Positions 54,524-64,000 of a DNA stretch of 64,000 nt are shown here, one piece after another. The stretch is from an uncultured Alphaproteobacteria bacterium (GTDB lineage Bacteria > Pseudomonadota > Alphaproteobacteria > Sphingomonadales > Sphingomonadaceae): NCBI GenBank assembly GCA_963802015.1, contig CAWDHB010000007.1, forward strand, positions 295,809-359,808, read 5' to 3'. Positions within the stretch are counted from its first letter, which is position 1. Every line of letters starts with the position of its first letter. The translations under genes were made by a program, and so were the position numbers. A model generated the notes under the pieces. The model searched no databases, had not been told where the DNA came from, and saw nothing but the letters and a program-made list of their open reading frames with translations.

Positions 54524-57116
54524 TTAATCGACCGCGACCGAGGCATCGGCAGCAATCGTTGGCGCGGCTTGGGGCGTCACGGCTGGCTCGCTGCTGGTCG
54601 CAGGCTGGCTGGACGAACGTGCAGCTGCCGGGCGGGCAGCGGTCTGACCACTGCTGCGCCGGATCGCGGCGATCAGAGCCTGACGCTGCTCTTCCAACTC
54701 ATCCTGACGGGTGGTCCGCTTGGCCTCGGTATCGGCCTTGAACGCTTCCCAGATGATCTGCGATTTGGGATCGCTGCCCGGCATCCCGCCGAACACCCGC
54801 TTCCCCGAAGTCCGGTCAACCCGGACCATCCGGATTTCGGCCGGAGCAACAAACGGCCGGTCGCTCCAGCGCGGTTTGGTTGCCTGGGCGAACTGCTTGA
54901 AGATCGGCGCGGCGAGCGTGCCGCCCTGCGCATAGCCACCCAGCGAGCGCGGCTTGTCAAACCCGATGTAAACCGCGCTGACAAAATCCTGGTTGCCGCC
55001 GGCGAACCACACGTTCGTCGGTCCGGTGGTGGTTCCGGTCTTGCCGAACAGCGGCACCCCCAGATCCTTCAGCGTCACCGCCGTCCCGCGCGTCACCACG
55101 CCTTCAAGCATATGCACCGTCTGGAATGCCGAGCGGGCATCCATCGCCTGCTTGCCGCGCATCGCCAGTCGCGGCATCGGCTTGCCGTCCCAGTCGGCCA
55201 TATTGCAGCGGTCGCAGCGCCGATCATCGGCGCGCCAGATCACTTTGCCGGTCCGATCCTGGACATAGTCAATCAGCGAAGCATCGTACTGCACGCCGTT
55301 GTTCGCCAGCGCAGCATAGGCATTGGTCAGCTGCAGGACGGTCGTTTCCCCTGCACCCAGCGCGAAGGAAAGGTATGGCTGGTACTTGCCGATCCCCAGC
55401 TTTTCGATCTGCTTCACCACACGGTCCATTCCGGTGTCGTTCGCAATCCGCACGGTCATCAGGTTGCGCGATTGCTCCAGCCCCCAGCGCATGGTGTGCT
55501 CACCGCTGCCGCCACCGCCGCCAAAGTTGACGAAACATTTCTGACCATAGCGCGAACCTTGATAGACACAGAACTTGCCGTCGAGAATTTGCGTTGACGG
55601 GCTCATCCCGAAATCGAGCGCGGTCCCATAGACAAACGGCTTGATCGTGGAGCCGGACTGCCGCTGGGCCTGCGTTGCCCGATTGAACGAACCCAACCCC
55701 GCATCAAACCCGCCTTGCACAGCCAACACGCGGCCACTCTGCGGCGTTTTCTACCGCCATGCCGCCGGAAACTTCTGGAATGGTCCGCACCGCCCAGGCT
55801 GAGCCGCCAGCGGGCCCGGCGGCGATGATATCGCCTGCTTTCAGCGAATCCGGCATGCCGGTTAGCGGCGCAGTGGTACCGTCTGCAAAACCGATCTGCG
55901 CCTTGGCTCCGCGCCGCTCGGTCACGATCCCGGCGCGCCAGTTCTGATAGGAGATCGAGATATTCTCTGCCGCCAGCTGAGCCTGCCAGTTGTCTGCATC
56001 AAGCCGCACTTGCTTGATCGGCCCGGCCCAGCCCCGACCGCCGTGATAGCGCAGCAGACCCGTGCGCAGCGCATCCTGGCTGGCCTTCTGCATCTGCGGA
56101 TCGAGCGAGGTCCGCACCCACAATCCGCCCGCATAGACGCTGTTCGGACCATCTTCGGCCTTTTCGCCATATTTGGCCATCAGACGGCGGCGCACTTCTT
56201 CCACGAAATAGCCGACCGATGGATCATAGGCCTCGGCCCGGCGCGGGATCAGCCCGAGCGGCTGCGCACGCGCTTCAGCGACCTGTTCGGCGGTGGCCCA
56301 GCCGTTGTCGACCATCTGGCCGAGCACGTAATTGCGCCGCTCCAGTGCCTCTTCGGCGTGCTGCGACCGGCCATATTTCTCGGGTGCCTTGGGCAGGATC
56401 GCCAGAAACGCCGCTTCATGCAGCGCCAGTTCGCCCACGTCCTTGCCAAAATAGGCTCGCGCCGCCGCCTGAACGCCAAAGCTTTGCCGCCCCAGCGGGA
56501 TTTCATTGAGGTAGAGCTCCAGGATTTGCTGCTTGGACAGCACACCTTCGATCCGCCGCGCCAGGACCATTTCCTTGACCTTGCGGATCACCGAATACTC
56601 ATTGGTCAGCAAGATGTTTTTGGCCACCTGCTGAGTAATGGTGGAGCCACCTTTGGCTCGCTCGTCTGAGCCGAATTTGGTGACGAAATCGATCACGGCC
56701 CCGACCAAGCCGGGAAAATCGACCCCACCATGCGACCAGAACGTCTTGTCCTCTGCCGACAGGTAAACATCGATCAGCGGCTTTGGAAAATCAACGAACC
56801 GCAGCTGCACCCGCCGCTCGCGCGCATAGGAATAGACGATCTCGCCATTGATCCCTCGCACCATCGTGGGCAGCGGCGGCTGATAATGCAGCACTTTGTC
56901 GGTGGACGGCAAAGTCCGCAGCACGAACACCCAGAACAACAGCATGAAGACGGCGAACAGACCCACCGCAATGCTCAGGCGGCGGAACCAGCGCTTTTCG
57001 CGCCAGTTACCAGCAAACCAGCGCCCAGCCCCGGTCAGCTCAAGCCGCGACAACAGCCCGCCGGCTTCCCGGCGAATGCGGTAACGGAAGGGTTCGGATA
57101 CTTCACTCTCGGCCAT
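54524..57116 (-). CDS. mrcA: Penicillin-binding protein 1A (frameshifted)
   Basis: Transglycosylase EDKTF..H.G, GGSTITQQVAKN, RK.KE; transpeptidase STIK, SRN, KTG. Confidence 0.93.
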
Positions 57117-57178
57117 GACAAAGCCCTAGCATGCAGAAGAAACGTTGTGCCAGAGGGTTCGCGCCGGCCCCACCAAAA

Positions 57179-58048
57179 TTACCGCAGCGACTGGCGGGCA
57201 AAGAACACCTCGATCGCGCGTGCCGTGCTTTCGGCAAAGGCCTGACGCCCGGCCGCAGACGCCAGACGCCCGGCGTCCTCGGCATTGTTGATATAGCCCA
57301 CTTCGAACAGGACCGACGGAATATCGGGTGCCTTGAGCACCGCAAATGCTGCCGATTGGGCAGAACTGTCGCGAAATTTCAGGCGCGCCGCAGCTTCGCG
57401 AAAGACCAGACTGGAAAACAATTCAGACCCCGCCTGCGCATCGCGCTGGGACAGGTCGACCAGAATCGCGCTGACCGCATCGTCGGTGTCGGTAATGGCC
57501 ACGCCGTTAATCGTATCCACCGCATTTTCGCGCGCCGCGATCCGCTCTGCCACCTCGTTCGAGCCTTTGGCAGACAGCGTATAGACGCTCGCACCGCTGG
57601 CCCCGGAATCGCTGGCGGTGCTATCGGCATGGATCGAGATGAACAGGTCCGCGCCCAGGCGGCGCGCGATCCCTGAACGTTCGGGCAGGAACAGATAGCT
57701 ATCGTCAGCCCGGGTCAGCGCGACCCGCACCCCGCCCCGGCGCAGCAATTCGTCGCGCAGCGCCAGGGCCAGCCGCAGCGTCAAATCCTTCTCATAAAGC
57801 GCCGCCGTGCCTGCCCCGGGATCCCGCCCACCATGGCCCGGATCAATCACCACCAGCGGCCTGCTGGCATCAAGCGGGCCGACAACAGTTGGCAGGCCAA
57901 GTTCACCCCCGGCTGGCGGCAAGGCCACCCGCTGGACATAGGCATGACCACGCCCGGCTTGGCCAAAGGCTCGGTCCGCAGCGATCATGGCTGCAAACAC
58001 CGCCAAGGGTGCCAGGACCAGCAGGATGATTTGAACCACGCGGCGCAT
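57179..58048 (-). CDS. amiC: N-acetylmuramoyl-L-alanine amidase
   Basis: IDPGHGG.DPGA, EK, FISIHAD, SVLFEVGY. Confidence 0.88.
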   Translation of the reverse strand: MRRVVQIILLVLAPLAVFAAMIAADRAFGQAGRGHAYVQRVALPPAGGELGLPTVVGPLDASRPLVVIDPGHGGRDPGAGTAALYEKDLTLRLALALRDELLRRGGVRVALTRADDSYLFLPERSGIARRLGADLFISIHADSTASDSGASGASVYTLSAKGSNEVAERIAARENAVDTINGVAITDTDDAVSAILVDLSQRDAQAGSELFSSLVFREAAARLKFRDSSAQSAAFAVLKAPDIPSVLFEVGYINNAEDAGRLASAAGRQAFAESTARAIEVFFARQSLR

Positions 58049-58580
58049 TGTGCGTGCTGCTTAGTTTGCGGAACAATCAAGCGCAATCACACAGCGTTGC
58101 GCGCAACAAACTTGCCGAGACCATGCAGCAGTGCTAGTTGCACCCGCTCTAGGGGCCAAGCCGCTCTTTGTCATGCTGACAGCCGATGCCCTCCCAAGGG
58201 GTCTGTCCTGCTTGCATGTTAACCGGCTTCTGGCACCATAGAGAAGTGTCCGGCTCGTTCTGAGCCTGGCAATCACAGGTTGATGCTGAAAATGACAAGC
58301 CTTGCGCCGTTCAAGCCACTGCCGCCCACCCGGGCGCAGGCTGGCATGACGGTACTTGCATCGAGCTTCGCTGCGCGTCAGGAAACGCCGCGCCTTGCTG
58401 TTTTCGCAGACACACACCAAGCCGCCGGATCACATCCGTGGCCCGGCTTTTCATACATGATTGGCAAGCTTGCAGACCTGGTTCTGCGGCTTTCCGGTCG
58501 TATTCTGCAAACGCGCGCCCGCGTGCATGGCACCGGTCCATCAGGATCGGCACCGCCGCTGGGCGCATGGAGTATTTATA

Positions 58581-61293
58581 ATGACAACGCGCATGTTGAT
58601 CGACGCGCGCCACCAGGAAGAAACCCGGGTGGCGGTGCTCAAAGGCAACCGGATTGAAGAATTCGATTTTGATTCTGCCGACCACAAGCAGATCAAAGGC
58701 AACATCTACCTCGCCAAGGTAACCCGGGTCGAACCGTCGTTGCAGGCGGCGTTCGTGGACTTTGGCGGCAATCGCCACGGCTTCCTGGCCTTCAGCGAAA
58801 TCCATCCGGATTACTATCAGATCCCCAAGGAGGATCGCGAGGCGTTGCTGGCTGAAGAAGCCGCGCACCTTGAAGAAGAAGCCGCCCTGCGCGCCGCCGA
58901 CGACGATCACGATGAAGATCGTGACGATGGCGATCAGGATTATGGCGATGACCATGACGACGATGACGACGGCGGCGTAACCGAAGTCGACACGTCTGAA
59001 AAAGAAGACGTCGCCACAATCGAAGACGGCCATGTTGAAAATGGCTTTGACCACGGCGAGGAAGAGCCAGGCGAACATGCCGGGCATGACGGCAATGGCG
59101 AAGGCGATGCCGACCAGGACGACGGGCGCAACCGCCAGCGCCGGGGTCGCCGCCGCCAGGGCAATCGCGGCCAGGCCAAGGAAGCCGACGAACTGCGCGC
59201 CAAGCGCATGGCGCTGCGCCGTCGCTACAAGATCCAGGACGTCATCCAGCGCCGCCAGGTGCTGCTGGTCCAGGTCGTCAAGGAAGAACGCGGCAACAAG
59301 GGCGCGGCGCTGACCACCTATCTCAGCCTCGCGGGCCGTTATTGCGTGCTGATGCCCAATTCCAGCCATGGCGGCGGGATCAGCCGCAAGATTCAGCTCT
59401 TCGTCTGACCGCAAGCGCCTGAAGTCGGTGATTTCGGAGCTCGATCTGCCCAAGTCGATGGGCTGCATTGTCCGCACCGCCGGGCTCAGCCGCACCAAGA
59501 CCGAGATCAAGCGTGATTTCGATTACCTCGCCCGGCTGTGGGACGGGATTCGCGACAACACCCTGCGCGCCGTCGCTCCCGCGTTGATCCATTCGGACAG
59601 TGACCTGATCAAGCGCGCGATCCGCGATATCTATAACAAGGACATCGAAGACATCGTCGTGGAAGGCGAAGCCGGCTACCGCGCCGCGCGCGATTTCATG
59701 AAGCTGCTGATGCCCAGCCACGCCAAGCGGGTGCAGGCCTATGCCGATCCGGTGCCGCTGTTCCAGCGCTATGGCGCGGAGGATCAGCTGACCGCGATGT
59801 ACGATCCGGTGGTCCAGCTCAAATCGGGCGGTTACATCGTGATCAACCCGACCGAAGCGCTGGTTTCGATCGACATCAACTCCGGCCGCTCGACCAAGGA
59901 ACACGGGATCGAGGCGACCGCGCTCAACACCAATCTGGAAGCCGCGCGCGAAATCGCCCGGCAGCTGCGCCTGCGCGATATGGCCGGGCTGGTGGTGATC
60001 GACTTTATCGACATGGAGTACGGCCAGAACGTCCGCAAGGTCGAAAAGGCGATGAAGGACGCGCTCAAGAACGATCGCGCGCGCATCCAGGTTGGCCGGA
60101 TCTCCAGCTTCGGTCTGATGGAAATGAGCCGCCAGCGCCTCCGCACCGGCGTGCTTGAAGCCACCACCCGGATCTGCCCGCACTGCGACGGTACGGGCCT
60201 GGTCCGCACCGCTTCCAGCGCCGGGCCTATCCGCGTTGCGTCTGATCGAGGACGAGGCCGCCAAGGGCCGCGGGATCGGTCATCTCGCTCTATGCGTCGA
60301 CTGAAGCAGCGGTTTACCTGCTCAACGCCAAGCGCGCTGATCTCGCGGAGATCGAATCGCGCTATGGCGTGCGGGTGGAAGTGATGCCCGAAGGCGAGAA
60401 CGAAGGCGCCAAGATGCGCGTCGCGTCATCAGGCCCGCGTCCTGAATTCGTGCCCACGTTCGAGCCGATCGTGATCGAAGAGGAGCCCGACGATTCGAAG
60501 ACGAGATCGATCGAGGAAGAGCGAAGACGAAGCTGCGCGCGAAGAGCGCGGCGATGACGATGATCGCGGCAAGCGTCAAGCGTAGGCGGCGGCGGCGTGG
60601 CGGCAGGGGCCGCGACGAAGCAGTCCGATCGCGCGCCGAGTCGAGCTGCCAATGATGAAGACGCCGATGGTGACGAACGCAGCGGAGGAACGCGAGTCCG
60701 GAAGCGCGAAGGCGACGAAGCTCCGCGCAAGCGGCGGCGGCGCGGTCGGCGGCGGCGCGGCGGCAAGGGTCGCGGCGACGGTGAAGGTGAAAACGGTGCC
60801 GACGGTGACGAAGGCAACGGTTCGGATAATGCCGATGAAGCTGGAGAGCCCGCTCAAGGCGATGCCGATGACGCGGAACACGCAGAACCGGCGCCCAAGC
60901 CCAAGCGCTCTCGCCGAAAGAAGTCCGACGCTGATCTCACTGAAGCGCCGATTGCAGCTGAGGTTGCAGGCATCGATGCGGTAGCCGAGATTGCAGAACC
61001 TGCAGAAAAGCCCAAGCGGACCCGCAAGAAGAAGGTTGCAGCTGAACCGGAAGCGGTTGTGTCTGCTGCTCTGGAAATCGCTGAACCTGCGGCTGAAACA
61101 GGCAGCTCCGCAGATGAAGCCCCGGCTAAGCCCAAGCGGAGCTCGCAAAAAGAAGGCTGATGGTGAAGTCGATGCCGAGCCAACGCTGGCCGCAACCAAG
61201 GCGGCAGCCGGAGCGGCCGATTCTGTTGACGCAGGATCGGACGATGGCCAGTCGCCCCGTCGCGGCTGGTGGCAGCGCACGTTCGGCGACTGA
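58581..61293 (+). CDS. rne: Ribonuclease E (frameshifted)
   Basis: KGNIYLAKVTRVEPSLQAAFV, KEERGNKGAALT, IDINSG, DFIDM, CPHCDG; R-rich and acidic disordered C-terminus ending RRGWWQRTFG. Confidence 0.95.
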
Positions 61294-61313
61294 GCACGCT
61301 TGAAGTGTTAAAT

Positions 61314-61350
61314 CAAAGGCCGCTGCCGGTGATCCCGGCAGCGGCCTTTG
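61314..61350. terminator. Probable bidirectional intrinsic terminator
   Basis: CAAAGGCCGCTGCCGG-TGATC-CCGGCAGCGGCCTTTG, a perfect 16-bp stem between convergent genes. Confidence 0.85.
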
Positions 61351-61360
61351 TCGTTCAGGG

Positions 61361-62000
61361 CTATGCCGGTTTGGTGGCCACGCCCCATTCCATCCAGCCG
61401 GCAAAGCGCGGCATCTTGGCCAGATAGGTGGCCGATCCGCTCGACCGCAAGCCCGGTCGCTGAACGCCGCACTGATCGGGCGGGTCAGGTGGCAGCCGCC
61501 GGCAAGCCGCTTCCACACCGGGTTCGATCCGGCGCTGCCATTTGCGCTGAACACTCGGCATCGGGCGCGCGGCCATGCTCGGCATACAGCATCGCCCGCC
61601 GGGCTTCAGCACCCGGCGCAGTTCCAGCAGGCTGCGGCTGGTCGCTGAACCGAACACAAAGTGTAGGTGCAGACCACGCTGTCGAACGTGGCAGCTCGCC
61701 AAACGGAAGCGCTTCGCCGAACCCGGCCCGGATGAATTCGGCCTGCCATCCTTCTGTGCCGCGCAGCTTCTCGGCGAAGGCCAAACCTTGCTGCGAAGGA
61801 TCAACCCCACACAAGCGTTCGACACGCGCTCTGGATCATAAAACGCCTGATTGATCCCGCCACCACAGCCCAGTTCGAGCACGAGGCCGTGCGCCAGCGG
61901 CACGATCTGCTGGCGGATCCCCATGATTTCGGCAGCTCCGCACGCACAGCGGATAAAGCGCGGCACGATCACGTCCGTTATACCAGGCTGCAAAACCCAT
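61361..62000 (-). CDS. Class I SAM-dependent methyltransferase (frameshifted)
   Basis: VLELGCGGGIN, GEALPF, ELRRVLKPGG, EHGRAPD, LAGGCHLTR. Confidence 0.85.
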
Positions 62001-62145
62001 TTCAGTCGCTCCCTTTCCCCGGAATGGCATTCTGGCCGGTTCAAGTACCCGGTGTCGCGCTAATCCGGCAAACTGTCTTGCATAGTCAGGCATGCAAGCA
62101 TTGAGTGTCTGGCCAATGACGGACTAACCTTCGATTATGTCGACC

Positions 62146-62702
62146 ATGCCACGCAAACCTGATCCCGCAGCGATCTTCGTTGACTTACCGGCAAGCAGCA
62201 CGAAGTGTTGGCCCTGGTCGCGGATCATCGCACCAGCAAGGAAATCGCCGGACTGCTCGGGTCTCCGAATCGGCGGTAAACCAACAGAATCGAAGTCGTC
62301 CGCAGCCGGCTAGGCGGCCTGCCGCGCGGTGAACTGGCCCGGCTCTATCGCCAGGAATTTATCCAGCCAGCGGGCGAGCGCGACGGTGAAGAGACATGGC
62401 AGAATATTCAGTCGGCAAACGACTGGCAAAATCCGGCTAATTCCGGGACATGGCAAAGTATCCAGCTTCCGCATACCGCGCCGATGGGCCAGTGGGGCGG
62501 CGCGGGAGGCATCTCCGCTGCTGCCCCCTGGGGTTCGGGCAAGGCCGGGCAGCAGTTTGGAGACGGGTCGCAACTTTCCGCTCCGCCGACACAGCGGGAC
62601 GGGCCGGTTCAGTCACTGGTTCGGGCAACCGCCATGCTGGTCATCATCTGGCCGGCATGGCGGTCAGCCGCCGTGGTCACCCAGATGGTCGGCAATTCGT
62701 GA
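62146..62702 (+). CDS. LuxR-type HTH regulator with a hydrophobic C-terminus (frameshifted)
   Basis: Manual reading LTGKQHEVLALVADHRTSKEIAGLLG..SESAVN...IEVVRSRLGG..RGELARLY. Confidence 0.7.
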
Positions 62703-62789
62703 CGCCATAGGGCGTTCGCCCGCTTGCCCCGCGCGCGCTGAATCGCTAGAGAGGGCCGCAACACCTCGCAGCGACAATCAGGGACGGTC

Positions 62790-63579
62790 ATGGCGACTTT
62801 CACCCTCCCCGCGAACAGCAAGATCAAAGGCCAGGGCCAGCTCCACAAGGCCGATGGAGCGGCAAGGCGCCCAAGAAGTTCACGGTCTATCGCTACGATC
62901 CCGATAGCGGCCAGAACCCGCGCTACGACAAGTTCGAGATCGATCTCGACACGCTGCGGCCCGATGGTGCTCGACGCGCTGATCAAGATGAAGTCCGAAC
63001 AGGACCCGACGCTGACCTTCCGCCGGTCTTGCCGCGAAGGGATCTGCGGGTCCTGCGCGATGAACATCAATGGCCGCAATGGCCTGGCCTGCACCACCGC
63101 GATCGAGGATCTGACGGGCGATATCCGCATCACCCCGCTGCCGCATATGGAAGTGATCAAGGACCTGGTCCCCGATTTCACCCATTTCTACGCGCAGTAC
63201 GCCTCGATCCGTCCCTGGCTGCAAACCGTCACCCCGACGCCATCGGGCAAGGAACGGCTGCAATCGCCGCGAACAGCGCGAGAAGCTCGACGGGCTTTAC
63301 GAATGCATCCTGTGCGCCTGCTGCTCCACCTCGTGCCCCAGCTACTGGTGGAATCAGCGACAAGTTCCTCGGCCCGGCGATCCTGCTGCAGGCCTATCGC
63401 TGGCTGGCTGACAGCCGCGACGAGATGACCGGCGAGCGGCTCGACGAGCTGGAAGACCCGTTCCGGCTCTATCGCTGCCACACGATCATGAACTGCGCCA
63501 ACGTCTGCCCCAAGGGCCTGTCAGCCCGGCGCGCGCGATCGCCGAGATCAAGAAGATGCAGGCGGAGCGGCACGTTTGA
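62790..63579 (+). CDS. sdhB: Succinate dehydrogenase iron-sulfur subunit (frameshifted)
   Basis: [50 protein letters not shown]. Confidence 0.95.
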
Positions 63580-64000
63580 GCGTGGGCGACGAACGGCGAC
63601 GATCGCGGGTTCCAGTACGAGCCAGATCCCGACAATCCGGGCTGGCACACCTGGCAGCTGAACGATCCGACCCGGTTCAACAGCTGGATGTTGCCCAGCT
63701 GCTGGTCCGCGCGGAGGGCGACGGCAATGCCGGCTGCGGATGGGTCCCGGAGCACCAGCCACACCAACCTGTCCGACAACATCCACGGCGGGAGGTCCTG
63801 GCGCTGATGGATATCGCGCTGTTCGCCTGCTTCGCGCATGCTCGGCACATTGAGGCGGGGACCGCGGTGACGCTGGAACTGTCGAGTCCAGTTCATCGGC
63901 GCGGGCAAAGCCGGGCCAGCCGCTCGACGCGGTGATCGAGATGATGCAAGCGAAACCCGGCGGCTGGTGTTCCTGCGCGGGACCGTGGTCGGGCAAGGCG
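63576..64000 (+). CDS. PaaI family thioesterase (partial, frameshifted)
   Basis: [11 protein letters not shown]...[21 protein letters not shown]; TTGA overlap with sdhB. Confidence 0.75.

Overview
GC-rich alphaproteobacterial chromosomal DNA, most likely Sphingomonadales (Novosphingobium/Erythrobacter-like gene order). It is mostly housekeeping: trpGDC-moaC-moeA-lexA, comEC, gltX-gltA, a full nuoA-N operon running into birA-coaX-rnj, thiolase, amtB, prfB, PBP1A, amiC, rne and sdhB, plus three type II toxin-antitoxin loci. Many essential genes contain single-base frameshifts, which I read as long-read indel errors, so the ends of those genes are approximate. The main unexplained structure is in the nuo operon. 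Six junctions carry six different kinds of 70-165 bp palindromic element. Three of these form stop-free mini-ORFs (41-57 aa) whose start overlaps the upstream stop and whose stop overlaps the downstream start. One more is coupled at its 3' end, and two are exactly one base short of the same arrangement. I call these 'translational bridge' ORFs. Other highlights are an in-frame 117-bp tandem triplication of the gltA 3' end, a histidine kinase and an Hpt-like protein that both lack the phospho-accepting His (beside a TipN-like gene and CtrA-like boxes), a candidate anti-Shine-Dalgarno sRNA, and tandem secreted paralogues with TonB-box-like motifs but no beta-barrel.
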